A stretch of 64,000 nucleotides of DNA from Nitrospirota bacterium. GTDB lineage: Bacteria; Nitrospirota; UBA9217. The notes under the pieces are model-generated. The model saw only the letters and a program-made list of their open reading frames with translations, was not told the origin of the DNA and did not search any database. This document shows, in pieces, positions 38,309 to 47,790 of this stretch (within the stretch, counting starts at the first letter, position 1; the number at the start of each line of letters is the position of its first letter). The stretch lies in contig OY760142.1 in the NCBI GenBank assembly GCA_963663225.1, forward strand, positions 1,056,001 to 1,120,000, read 5' to 3'. A program made the translations under genes and the position numbers.

Positions 38309-38968
38309 ATGAACGTTATTCTTTTTGGTGCAACAGGCATGATCGGCCAGGGTGTTTTACGGGAATGTCTGCTCAATCCCGATGTAGAAAGTATTTTAGC
38401 AATCGTCCGGACTCCAACTGGACAGCAACATGAAAAACTGAAAGAGATCAAACATGAAAATTTTCTGGATTTTTCCGGAATCAGGGAAGAACTCAAGGGT
38501 TATGACGCCTGTTTTTTCTGCCTCGGTGTTTCCACCGCGGGGAGAACCAAGCAAGATTATCTGTTGGTAACCTACGATATTACCCTGGCGGCCGCACAGA
38601 TCCTGGCTGATTTGAATCGGGACATGATGTTTATTTATGTATCAGGCGCGGGAACGGACAGTACCGAAAACAGCCGCGCCATGTGGGCCCGGGTAAAAGG
38701 CCGGACTGAGAATGCGCTGCTCCGGCTGCCATTCAGGGAAGCGTATATGTTCCGGCCGTCGTTTATCCAGCCCCTGCATGGCGCTGTTTCAAAAACAACG
38801 CTTTACAGAATATTGTATGCGGTACTCGCTCCTTTTTTTCCGGTTTTGCGGCTGCTCTTTCCCCGAAAAATTACAACGACAGAACAACTCGGGCGTGCAA
38901 TGGTCAGGGTCGCTCAATGCGGCTTTCCCAGACCGGTACTTGAGAGCGAAGACATTAACGCTGTTTAA
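38309..38968 (+). CDS. NAD(P)-binding Rossmann protein (TIP30/YraR-like epimerase family)
   Basis: ILFGATGMIGQGVL, DACFFCLG, YVSGAGTDS, WARVKG.TEN, FRP. Confidence 0.85.
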   Translation: MNVILFGATGMIGQGVLRECLLNPDVESILAIVRTPTGQQHEKLKEIKHENFLDFSGIREELKGYDACFFCLGVSTAGRTKQDYLLVTYDITLAAAQILADLNRDMMFIYVSGAGTDSTENSRAMWARVKGRTENALLRLPFREAYMFRPSFIQPLHGAVSKTTLYRILYAVLAPFFPVLRLLFPRKITTTEQLGRAMVRVAQCGFPRPVLESEDINAV

Positions 38969-38997
38969 AAATAATAGCAGTGTCGAAGGAGACTTCC

Positions 38998-39690
38998 ATG
39001 AAACGGCAGGTAAGCAGAAGGAACTTCATAAAAACCGCTGCAACTGCAGGCATAATGCTTTCCTCAGGCACCGGCTTCTGGGAAGACGGAAGGAATGCTC
39101 TCGCAAAAGAGGCGCAGGCCGTCAATCCTTCACACTCATCGGCGGCAAACGTCAATGTTCTGCAGAGCTTGCTTCAGAAGAGGCGTTCTGTCCGGGAATT
39201 CAGGCCGGAACCCCTTCCCATGCCGGTCATCTCACGCCTGCTTTGGTCGGCCTTCGGGATCAACCGCCCGGATGGAAAACGCACCGCTCCTTCTGCCCGA
39301 AATCGCCAGGAAATAGACATTTACGTTGCGACTTCAAACGGCCTTTCCGTGTATGACGCAAAAGAAAACACGGTGAAGCTGATCCTGCCACAAGACATCA
39401 GAGAAATCACCGGCACCCAATCCTATGCCGGACAGGCCCCTCTCAATCTTGTTTACGTCGCCGACAGTGCAAGAATGGGCGCGACGACAAAAGAAGAAAC
39501 GATTTTTTATTCGGCTGCCAATACGGGATTTATCTGTCAGAATGTATATTTGTTTTGTGCTGCCGAGGGTCTGGGAACCACGGTGCGGGCGGCCATCGAC
39601 AAGCCGCTTCTGGCGCAGACAATGAAGCTGCGGCCCGATCAAATAATCACGCTCGCGCAGTCTGTCGGATATCCGAAAACCGGGGTCTGA
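38998..39690 (+). CDS. Nitroreductase family (SagB/ThcOx-like) FMN protein with twin-arginine signal
   Basis: SRRNFIK Tat motif with A-L-A cleavage site; RRSVREF, LLWSAFGIN, RTAPSA, QNVYLFCAAEGLGT, QSVGYP. Confidence 0.85.
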   Translation: MKRQVSRRNFIKTAATAGIMLSSGTGFWEDGRNALAKEAQAVNPSHSSAANVNVLQSLLQKRRSVREFRPEPLPMPVISRLLWSAFGINRPDGKRTAPSARNRQEIDIYVATSNGLSVYDAKENTVKLILPQDIREITGTQSYAGQAPLNLVYVADSARMGATTKEETIFYSAANTGFICQNVYLFCAAEGLGTTVRAAIDKPLLAQTMKLRPDQIITLAQSVGYPKTGV

Positions 39691-39781
39691 ACGGCGCTTG
39701 CGGAATCCATGCTGCTTTTTTCAGAGCGCTGTTCAAGGATGGTGGATCGCCACCCTCTTCTGATGGCAGTTCCGGTTGCCG

Positions 39782-40000
39782 TTATGCCGGGATGTTCACA
39801 CTGCAAACGACATTTTCCCTGCTCTCAATCGTTACGGTCAGATCATCAAATATTCCGGCTTTGTAATCCCGGAGCGCCGTATGGATAAGATCCTGCACCA
39901 GTATCCACTCCTCACCATGTAATGCATAGGGCGACCGGATGACGATACAGTGCTTGTTCTTTCCGCTCTGCATGTTGTTCCCCTTCCCTTCGCTCTCCAT
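39782..40000 (-). CDS. Small hypothetical protein (72 aa) divergent from LysR
   Basis: AGAGGAG RBS before ATG 40000; fills the gap between the nitroreductase and LysR. Confidence 0.45.
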   Translation of the reverse strand: MESEGKGNNMQSGKNKHCIVIRSPYALHGEEWILVQDLIHTALRDYKAGIFDDLTVTIESRENVVCSVNIPA

Positions 40001-40140
40001 ACACTCCTCTTTTCGGTGGCACGTATCAGCAAGCGTGCAAACAATCACACGGAGTTGCCGGTTTGAATCTTCTTGCACCGTACCGCAGAACGTACTATAA
40101 TTCAAATCAATTATTTTTAATATAACGATAAACCTAATTT

Positions 40141-41031
40141 ATGGATTTAAACGATCTGAACCTGAATCAACTGAGGATTTTTCACACGGTGGCACGGTTG
40201 CTGAGTTTTACCGGCGCATCCAGGGAACTGCATCTTACGCAGCCGGGAATCAGCATGCACATCAAAGAACTCGAAAAGCATTATAAAACAAGACTGTTTG
40301 ACAGACTTGGCAAAAAAATCGTTCTTACGCAGGCAGGGACAATTCTGTTCAAGGCAACGGAAAATATCCTCGGCCTGGTAAACGACGCAAAAATTAAAAT
40401 AGATGATTTGCAGGGCCTTACCAGCGGCACCCTGAACATCGGCGCAAGCACCACTATCGGCACCTACATTCTTCCCGAACTGCTCGTAAAATTCAGGCAC
40501 GCGCATCCCAATATTGAAATAGCAATGGACATATCGTTGAGCCAGGAAGTCGTTGAGAAGGTGCTGAACAACACCATTGAAATCGGTTTTGTCGGTCATT
40601 GCACGCGGGAAAAAAAACTGCTGGTAAAACCCTTTGCAAAAGACCCGATGGTCTTGATCGTCGCGGCCAAGCATCCGTGGGCGGGACGCAGGCAGCCGGT
40701 GCGCCTCCAGGATCTTTCCGACCAGCCCATTCTTCTGGCACGGCGGGGATCAGGGACACGGGCCATCATGGAGCGTTTGTTTGCCAGACAGAAAATTTCC
40801 CCGAAAAACTGTATGGAATTAGGCACGGTGGAAGGCGTCAAGAAAGCGGTCGAAATTGACTTGGGAATCTCCATCATTTCGAAGTATGTCGTGGCACGGG
40901 AGCTGGCCGCGGGATTGATCAAAACAGTCGCCATGAGCGGCGTCGACCTCAACCGCGACCTGTATCTGCTGTACCATAAGGACCGGTATTTGTCCGGCGC
41001 AGCCAGGGCTTTTCTTGCCCTGCTGCCGTAA
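40141..41031 (+). CDS. LysR-type regulator (CysL/YeiE/CmpR-like)
   Basis: HTH SFT.AS.EL.LTQP.IS.HIK.LE, LFDR, GASTTIGTYILP, R..GSGTR. Confidence 0.93.
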   Translation: MDLNDLNLNQLRIFHTVARLLSFTGASRELHLTQPGISMHIKELEKHYKTRLFDRLGKKIVLTQAGTILFKATENILGLVNDAKIKIDDLQGLTSGTLNIGASTTIGTYILPELLVKFRHAHPNIEIAMDISLSQEVVEKVLNNTIEIGFVGHCTREKKLLVKPFAKDPMVLIVAAKHPWAGRRQPVRLQDLSDQPILLARRGSGTRAIMERLFARQKISPKNCMELGTVEGVKKAVEIDLGISIISKYVVARELAAGLIKTVAMSGVDLNRDLYLLYHKDRYLSGAARAFLALLP

Positions 41032-41051
41032 TCGGCGATAAGGAGCGCGTC

Positions 41052-42293
41052 ATGTTTCTTCAGGGACTTTTCGGCATCGTACTCTTTCTCGCCATTGCCT
41101 GGCTCATCAGTGAAAACAGGAGAGAAGTAAAATTCAAAATTATTCTCAGCGGTGTCATTCTTCAATTCGCCATTGCCGTCATTCTCCTTTTTGTTCCCTT
41201 TTTCAGAAGCATCTTTCTTTTGCTGAATAATGTGGTCCTGGCCCTCGAGGCTGCAACAAAGGCAGGAACGTCCTTTGTGTTCGGATACATCGGTGGAGGC
41301 GCCCCACCGTTTCTGCTCCAGGAACCCGGCGCGAATTTCATCCTGGCGTTTCAAGCCCTTCCGCTTGTTCTCGTTATCGGAGCTCTTTCCGCGCTGCTCT
41401 TTTACTGGCGCGTTCTGCCGCATATCGTGAAAGGCTTTTCTTTCGTGCTCCAGAAAACCATGAACATCGGCGGCGCGCTCGGCCTTGGCGCATCGACCAC
41501 GATTTTTCTCGGCATGGTGGAATCACCGCTTCTGATAAAGCCATATCTTTCGAAAATGACCCGGAGTGAACTCTTCTCGCTCATGACCGTGGGCATGGCC
41601 TGCATTGCCGGAACGGTAATGATTCTGTACGCAACGTTTTTGAACGGCGTGATCCCCGATCCGCTCGGCCATATTCTGGTTGCGTCCTTTATTCACGTTG
41701 CCGCCGCCATTACCATCGCAAGGATCATGGTTCCCGAGACGGAGGAAGAAACATCAGGTAACATTGTCCCCCGGCATACTGCGACGGGTTCCATGGACGC
41801 CATTGTGAAGGGAACCATGGATGGTCTTCATCTGCTCCTGAACATCGTGGCAATGCTGCTGGTCATGGTTTCGCTCGTCTATCTTGCGAACCAGCTGATC
41901 GGACTTCTTCCGGACGTGAATGGACAGCCGCTGACCCTCCAACGCATCCTCGGCTGGATCATGGCTCCCATCGTGTGGCTCTTCGGCATTCCCTGGCAAC
42001 AGGCCCAGACGGCAGGACATCTCATGGGCACAAAAACCATTTTGAATGAACTGCTCGCATTCCTCGACCTTGCAAAGCTTCCGGCTGATGCGCTCGATGC
42101 ACGCAGCAGACTCATCATGACATACGCACTCTCCAGCTTTGCAAATTTTGGAAGCCTGGGCATTCTTATCGGCGGGCTCGGCACTCTTGCGCCTGAGCGG
42201 AGGGATGAAGTGGTGGGCCTCGGCATCAGAGCCATTGTTGCAGGCACTCTTGCCACCTGCATGACCGGAGCGGTCATCGGTATTCTTGTCTAA
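41052..42293 (+). CDS. Concentrative nucleoside transporter (CNT/NupC family)
   Basis: G..FVFG, FQALP, IFLGMVESPLLIKPY, GMACIAG.V, K.ILNE, FANFGSLGI.IGG. Confidence 0.92.
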   Translation: MFLQGLFGIVLFLAIAWLISENRREVKFKIILSGVILQFAIAVILLFVPFFRSIFLLLNNVVLALEAATKAGTSFVFGYIGGGAPPFLLQEPGANFILAFQALPLVLVIGALSALLFYWRVLPHIVKGFSFVLQKTMNIGGALGLGASTTIFLGMVESPLLIKPYLSKMTRSELFSLMTVGMACIAGTVMILYATFLNGVIPDPLGHILVASFIHVAAAITIARIMVPETEEETSGNIVPRHTATGSMDAIVKGTMDGLHLLLNIVAMLLVMVSLVYLANQLIGLLPDVNGQPLTLQRILGWIMAPIVWLFGIPWQQAQTAGHLMGTKTILNELLAFLDLAKLPADALDARSRLIMTYALSSFANFGSLGILIGGLGTLAPERRDEVVGLGIRAIVAGTLATCMTGAVIGILV

Positions 42294-42350
42294 AGAAAAC
42301 GACTCCGCACCTCATATAAACGCAGTAAACGAGAGCAACAGCTGTGACAG

Positions 42351-42375
42351 AAAAAAAGCCCCCTTTCCGGGGCTT
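42351..42375 (-). terminator. Intrinsic terminator for the TPR gene
   Basis: AAGCCCC-N6-GGGGCTT hairpin followed by a T-run on the minus strand. Confidence 0.65.
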
Positions 42376-42402
42376 GAATAGGATGAACCGGCTGTAAAAC
42401 CG

Positions 42403-42954
42403 CTACTTCCCTGCCATGATTTTTTTATAGCAGGACGTATTCCGGATGTTGTTAAGGTCCGGATCCGCTTTGATGTCCTCCCATTTGTTAAAACCGGCGT
42501 CAAGAGACTGCTGAAGCCATTTGCATGCTTCGGTGGAATTGTTCTTAATTGAATACAGACAGGCCAGATTATAGTATGGACTGTCGTACTTTGGATTTAA
42601 TTTGATTGCCTTCTTGTAATCCGCGATGGCCTGGTCGTATTGTTTTTTTCTCGCGTAGGCGTTACCGCGATTATCGTAGCACATGTAATAGGTGGGGTTC
42701 AGCTTGGCTGTTTTATTATAGTCGGCGATAGCCTGATCGTATTTCCCTTTTGCCAGGTAAGCATTTCCCCGGTTATAGTAGGATATGGATATATCTTTGA
42801 CTTTATCAACGCCATTAATCTGCTGCGTGCAGGCTTTGATTTGCCTGTCATATTCTTGTTTATTGCCGTACTCAGAGCACCAGTCCGTAGCAAAAGCGGT
42901 GGAAGTAAAAAAAATCATAAAAATTACACTTGCCAGCATTCGCATGCTTTTCAT
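42403..42954 (-). CDS. Exported tetratricopeptide-repeat protein
   Basis: Signal peptide ending A-F-A; repeats Y.NRGNAY..K..YDQAIADY.K..KLNP; YYNLACLYS...D.DL..IR end group. Confidence 0.85.
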   Translation of the reverse strand: MKSMRMLASVIFMIFFTSTAFATDWCSEYGNKQEYDRQIKACTQQINGVDKVKDISISYYNRGNAYLAKGKYDQAIADYNKTAKLNPTYYMCYDNRGNAYARKKQYDQAIADYKKAIKLNPKYDSPYYNLACLYSIKNNSTEACKWLQQSLDAGFNKWEDIKADPDLNNIRNTSCYKKIMAGK

Positions 42955-43036
42955 GGTATCTCTCTTTAGCGAAAAAGCTTTGTTTACCTGGTTTACATTT
43001 TTTAACATTGGGTCTTTAATCTCTCTCGCACGCAAT

Positions 43037-44146
43037 TTACCGTGCAGGCGTCAGTTGCTCCCAATGCAGATTGGAGCCGACATTCGGATTATCGCTTGCC
43101 TTGTCCGAGACATAATATTCGCCAAGATTGTTGGACCACGCATGGCCGTAACCGGAAGGCAGTTCCACTTCCTTGCCCGCGCGGGAATCATAGTAGCGAT
43201 CGACACCTCTGATCTGGTCGCTGGTATTTTGTGAAATTTTGTCCTGCACCTGCTGCCGCTGTTCCCAGACGCGCATCTGGTCTTCTCTCATCTGGCTGCC
43301 CGCTTTCGCAATGATGTCCCCCATGCGGCCGATTGCCTTAATTTCCTTGATGCTCTTTTGAGCCAGCATTTCTTTCACGTTCACTACTTTTGCGTACCAT
43401 TTGGGATTGATTTTCAATGAAAAAAGCATCGTTTGGAACGTCTTTGCCCGGGAATCGAGCTTTCCCTTTTCTGCACGGAATGAAAAAACGTAATCAATGT
43501 ACCAGTAGTTTATAAAATACCGGGGTTCCGGATATATGACAAACTGGCTGACGGCCGCGTACAACTCTTCTTCCATGCGTTTGCCCCGTTCCTGATATCC
43601 GATTCTGACTTTGCCGCCCTGAGCAGATGATTTCAGTCCCTGGACTGAATTGCCGGCAGCCAGTCTGGAGAGCTCCGGAATATTCTTTTCTTTCAGGATG
43701 ACCAGACCGCTTACATTCTTTCTTGCCTTCGGAATAAGCACCTGGGTGAATGCTGCATGCAGGTCGATCGGCTTTGCCACCAGGGAATTGAAACGCAAAG
43801 AGCCGGGCGGATTTGTCCTGAGAAACAGCTGGTTGTTGGTCCAAAAATAGGAGCGGGTCGGGAAAAGATTCATTTCTTCCGGTCCGGACGGGTTGTAAAA
43901 TCGGAACCGGGACTGGGCCGGCAGTGCTGGATTTTTAGACCAGGTTATTGCTCCTTCCACCCGCCATCCTTTGGGAACAAGCAGCCGGAAAGCCTCCATG
44001 CCTGTCATGGGGTCCGTATATTTATACGTCACGAATCTTTCCAGCGCAAGCGCGTCTTGCTGGTTAGAGAGCATGACGACATTTGCAAAAACCAGGAAGC
44101 CGAAAACAGCAAAAAAGCGCAGTACCCTGCGGGAAAAAATCATCAT
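43037..44146 (-). CDS. Exported hypothetical protein
   Basis: 369-aa ORF with GGGAGG RBS, signal peptide ending A-L-A and a Q/R-rich coiled coil. Confidence 0.7.
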   Translation of the reverse strand: MMIFSRRVLRFFAVFGFLVFANVVMLSNQQDALALERFVTYKYTDPMTGMEAFRLLVPKGWRVEGAITWSKNPALPAQSRFRFYNPSGPEEMNLFPTRSYFWTNNQLFLRTNPPGSLRFNSLVAKPIDLHAAFTQVLIPKARKNVSGLVILKEKNIPELSRLAAGNSVQGLKSSAQGGKVRIGYQERGKRMEEELYAAVSQFVIYPEPRYFINYWYIDYVFSFRAEKGKLDSRAKTFQTMLFSLKINPKWYAKVVNVKEMLAQKSIKEIKAIGRMGDIIAKAGSQMREDQMRVWEQRQQVQDKISQNTSDQIRGVDRYYDSRAGKEVELPSGYGHAWSNNLGEYYVSDKASDNPNVGSNLHWEQLTPAR

Positions 44147-44277
44147 GAATTGCCTCCCCTGGACAAGCTTGTTATGAACAGTATTGTTATGAGCCGAGAG
44201 TCGCGTTTGTTTGAGAAGCAGGTTTTTCTGAAATCCGGCAAATGGTATTATATTCCTTATGGCGAGTCAAAAACGCT

Positions 44278-45057
44278 TTATGATACCGTAAAAACGTCCG
44301 TGGCCTGATACCGGTCCGCAACATAAAGGGGTATGTTGCCGGCCAGGACTTCATGGTGGGTCCGCAGGGCGATATCGGGGTGGTTGTTCTGCTCGGAAAG
44401 ATGCGCCAGGCATGCCCACTGCAGGCGCTGCGCCTTAACTGCGCGACGCAGAATTTCAGCGGCGTCTCTGTTGGAAAGATGTCCGCGGGGCCCTTCGATA
44501 CGCCGCTTCAGATAGGCAGGATAGGGTCCTGCCGCAAGCATGGCAGGATCGTAATTGCTCTCGAGAAAAACCGCATCCAGCGATGAGACAAGGCTGATAA
44601 GGTCTTTAAAAATATGTCCCAGATCAGTCAGGACACCTAACCGCTTTGCACCCGATTCAATGATGAACACCGAGCCGTCCGCGCCGTCGTGCGGCGTGGG
44701 AATGGCGTGCACCTGAACATTGCCGAATCTGAGCTTGTCGTTCGACCGAAAATGCCGCACGTCGTTCAATTTCCCAAGGTTGCAGCGCGAGGAAGCTGCA
44801 GCAAGCGTAGCCGGTGTTGCATAAAGGGGCAGGCCATATTTCCGCTGATACACGCCTGCGTGCCGGATGTGGTCGCCGTGGTCGTGTGAAATAATAACAG
44901 CATCCACTTCACGGATGTTTTGCCCGTGCGCCGCGAGCCGCTCTTCAGCCTGCACCCCGGTGATCCCTGCGTCGAACAGCAGCTTCACACCGTCCGCCTC
45001 GACAAAGATGCAGTTTCCGTTGCTGCCTGACTGAAGGGAAATGGCAATCATTTTCAT
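44278..45057 (-). CDS. MBL-fold metallo-hydrolase (YycJ/WalJ-like)
   Basis: SGSNGNC, SHDHGDHI, PHD, TDLG, ESNYD..ML..GPYP..LK.RI....GHLSN, HLSEQNN. Confidence 0.9.
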   Translation of the reverse strand: MKMIAISLQSGSNGNCIFVEADGVKLLFDAGITGVQAEERLAAHGQNIREVDAVIISHDHGDHIRHAGVYQRKYGLPLYATPATLAAASSRCNLGKLNDVRHFRSNDKLRFGNVQVHAIPTPHDGADGSVFIIESGAKRLGVLTDLGHIFKDLISLVSSLDAVFLESNYDPAMLAAGPYPAYLKRRIEGPRGHLSNRDAAEILRRAVKAQRLQWACLAHLSEQNNHPDIALRTHHEVLAGNIPLYVADRYQATDVFTVS

Positions 45058-45210
45058 ACCGGGCGTACTGTAACAGCCATTGCTGCATATGTCAACCGCG
45101 AAATCATCACTTGACGAGTGTGGTCCTCTCGTTGCAGGACATTGTGCGATGCAGAAAAATATTCTTGAGGATGCTTAAGCCATCCCTTATAATAGGCATG
45201 GTGTACAATC

Positions 45211-45939
45211 ATGCTGCAACTTGATTCGATCAGCATCGTCCTCGTGGACACAAAAACATCCGACAACATCGGTGCAGCGGCACGATGCATGATGAACATG
45301 GGTCTCGTGCGCCTTGCGCTGGTCCGGCCGCCTGCGGATTTTTTGCAGAAAGCCTCAAAACTTGCAGCCGGGTCGGACACCATTCTGGAACAGGCAAAGA
45401 TTTTTTCTTCGCTTAAGGATGCGGTGGCGGATTGCGGTCTGGTGCTCGGCACATCGCGCCATAAAGGCCGTTTAAGAAAAAATATTCTCGCACCGCAGGA
45501 TGCCGCACGGGAAGTCATTTCAATCCTGTCCCCTAACAGGGCCGCTGTGGTCTTCGGAAATGAAGTAAACGGTCTGACCCGCGAGGACATTGCCTGCTGC
45601 CATGAATTGATATCCATTCCTTCAACGGACAGATTTCCTTCGCTCAACCTTTCGCACGCGGTCATGATCATTGCGTATGAATTGTTTCGGGCCGCGCAAG
45701 AACTGCACCCGCTCTCAACCCCCGAACTTGCGACATCCGAAGCGACCGACGCATTCTATCTTCAGCTGCAGAAAACTCTTCTGGACGTCGGCTTTCTCGA
45801 GCGCGACCACCCGGAGAGAATGATGCTTACGATACGGCAGATATTCGGGAGAGCGCGGCTGAGCAAACGCGACGTCTCCGTTCTGAGAGGCATTCTTACG
45901 GCTGTAGACCGGGTTGTACGACCGGCAAAATTAAAGTAG
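45211..45939 (+). CDS. trmJ: SPOUT tRNA methyltransferase, TrmJ/LasT family
   Basis: NIGAAAR.M.NMG, FG.E..GL, SLNLSHAV....YE, LRGIL. Confidence 0.85.
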   Translation: MLQLDSISIVLVDTKTSDNIGAAARCMMNMGLVRLALVRPPADFLQKASKLAAGSDTILEQAKIFSSLKDAVADCGLVLGTSRHKGRLRKNILAPQDAAREVISILSPNRAAVVFGNEVNGLTREDIACCHELISIPSTDRFPSLNLSHAVMIIAYELFRAAQELHPLSTPELATSEATDAFYLQLQKTLLDVGFLERDHPERMMLTIRQIFGRARLSKRDVSVLRGILTAVDRVVRPAKLK

Positions 45940-45994
45940 CATGCAGTCAAGGCGTGGCAGGTCTTGCTCAAACGCAGCTTTCAGGAGGGACGGT

Positions 45995-46495
45995 ATGAAA
46001 AGAATGTATCTGTTTTTTGTGTTTGCTTTTCTTCTCGGGGGAATTGAGATGCTCTACTTCTATCCGCTGCTTCCCGACCGCATGGCGGTCCATTTCAACG
46101 CTGACGGAGCGGCGGACGGCTGGGGTCCGAAAAGTCATTTTTTTATGACCATGGAAACGGTTTATGCCGTCCTGCTCATTCTTTTCGGCGCCCTGCCGCT
46201 GCTTCTCCGGCGGCTGCCTGAGTCCCTGATGAATCTGCCGAACAAGAATTACTGGCTCGCGCCGGAACGCAAAGCGCAGACCATGGACCGCTTGATGGGC
46301 CAGCTCCTGTTCGTTGGGGCCATGGCCCTGCTTCTGATGGACTGCGTGCTCTTCCTGAGTCTGAAGGCAAATTTTTCCACTCGACCCTTCCTGCGGCCGG
46401 AGTTGCTATGGGGCATCATTGCTGTTTTTTTTACGGCCAGTATTGCCTGGACTGTTTTTTTGATACGAAGTTTCCGGCTGCCGAAAGAACCCTGA
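45995..46495 (+). CDS. DUF1648 membrane protein (SdpI-like N-terminus)
   Basis: YPLLPDRMAVHFNADG.ADGWG, NLPNK.YW; four TM segments; AGGAGG RBS. Confidence 0.8.
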   Translation: MKRMYLFFVFAFLLGGIEMLYFYPLLPDRMAVHFNADGAADGWGPKSHFFMTMETVYAVLLILFGALPLLLRRLPESLMNLPNKNYWLAPERKAQTMDRLMGQLLFVGAMALLLMDCVLFLSLKANFSTRPFLRPELLWGIIAVFFTASIAWTVFLIRSFRLPKEP

Positions 46496-46498
46496 TTC

Positions 46499-46527
46499 TC
46501 AGGCATCGCTGATTTGCTGATGCCTGA
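46499..46527. terminator. Inverted repeat between convergent genes (possible terminator)
   Basis: TCAGGCATC-N11-GATGCCTGA; no clear T-run. Confidence 0.4.
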
Positions 46528-46532
46528 CGCTC

Positions 46533-47759
46533 CTAATCCGCCTGCCGCCGTAAAAACGTCGGTTTGTCCAGGTCCTCACCGTCGATGCCGAGCGTTTCAT
46601 TTTTAAAATCGAATGACTCCTGTTTGCGCTTCGGCTTGTCAACGACCTTCATGAATTCCTTGAGGCTTACCGGCCGTTTTACGCGCTCCCGGATGCCTTC
46701 CTCGTCAAAGCCGGTCGCTATCACGGTGACCATGACTTCCTCGCTCATCACCGGATTAATCACCGCCCCGAAAATGATGTTCGCGCCGGGATCAACCTCA
46801 TCCTTGATGATGGCGGAAGCTTCATTCAGTTCATAAATCCCCATGTCGTTTCCACCCGTGATATTGATCAGCACCGCGCGGGCTCCTTTGATGGAGCCGT
46901 CCTCCAGCAAGGGGCTGGCAATCGCCTTTTGCGCCGCGTCCATGGCTCTGGTTTCTCCCCTGCCGATGCCGGTGCCCATCACGGACCTGCCCCGGTTGGA
47001 CATCACGGTTTTGACGTCCGCAAAATCCACGTTCACATATCCCGGCACCATCACCACGTCGGAAATTCCTTTGACCGCCTGGCCGAGCACGTCATCGGCA
47101 AGCTTGAAGGAGTCGAGCAGCGTCGTCCTTTTTTCCGCGAGATTCAGAAGGCGTTCATTCGGGATCACAATAAGAGCGTCCACATTCTTTTTCAATTCCG
47201 CAATGCCCTCTTCCGCCTTGTGCATCCGCGTTATCCCTTCGAAGCTGAAGGGCTTCGTGACAATGCCCACGGTAAGGGCGCCTGCTTCGCGCGCGAGGCT
47301 CGCAATAATGGGAGCGGCCCCGGTGCCCGTGCCGCCGCCCATGCCCGCAGTTATAAAAACCATGTCCGCGCCGCTGACGGCGGACGTGATTTTGTCCGCG
47401 TCTTCGAGCGCAGCAGACCGTCCGATTTCAGGGTTGGCTCCGGCCCCCCGGCCGCACGTAAGCCTCGACCCGATCTGCAGCTTGATCGGCGCACGTGTAA
47501 GTTCGAGCGCCTGCATATCGGTGTTCGCTATGATGAACTGCACCCCCTTGATGTTCGACTGAATCATGCTGTTCACGGCGTTGCTTCCCCCGCCTCCGAC
47601 ACCGATCACTTTAATGACCGCAGGCAGTTTCTCTTCTTCGAACTGAAACATCCCCTTTGCCCTCCCTTCTTCGCGTGCCCCGCTTTCTTGAGTACCTGTA
47701 TCGGAACTTTTTACAAAATCCATGATATCCTGGAACTTCATCTCTAGATTGTCGTCCAT
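46533..47759 (-). CDS. ftsZ: Cell division protein FtsZ (alternative start at 47651)
   Basis: IKVIGVGGGGSNAVN, GAGANPEIG, GMGGGTGTGAAP, VNVDFADV, C-terminal DKPTFLRRQAD. Confidence 0.97.
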   Translation of the reverse strand: MDDNLEMKFQDIMDFVKSSDTGTQESGAREEGRAKGMFQFEEEKLPAVIKVIGVGGGGSNAVNSMIQSNIKGVQFIIANTDMQALELTRAPIKLQIGSRLTCGRGAGANPEIGRSAALEDADKITSAVSGADMVFITAGMGGGTGTGAAPIIASLAREAGALTVGIVTKPFSFEGITRMHKAEEGIAELKKNVDALIVIPNERLLNLAEKRTTLLDSFKLADDVLGQAVKGISDVVMVPGYVNVDFADVKTVMSNRGRSVMGTGIGRGETRAMDAAQKAIASPLLEDGSIKGARAVLINITGGNDMGIYELNEASAIIKDEVDPGANIIFGAVINPVMSEEVMVTVIATGFDEEGIRERVKRPVSLKEFMKVVDKPKRKQESFDFKNETLGIDGEDLDKPTFLRRQAD

Positions 47760-47790
47760 GAATTTTTCCTTTCATTCCGCAATTCCGGGT

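Noticed and set aside
42590-42790. Near-direct DNA repeats in the TPR gene
   Set aside because: Explained by the 34-aa TPR protein repeats; not a CRISPR array or a DGR template/variable pair.
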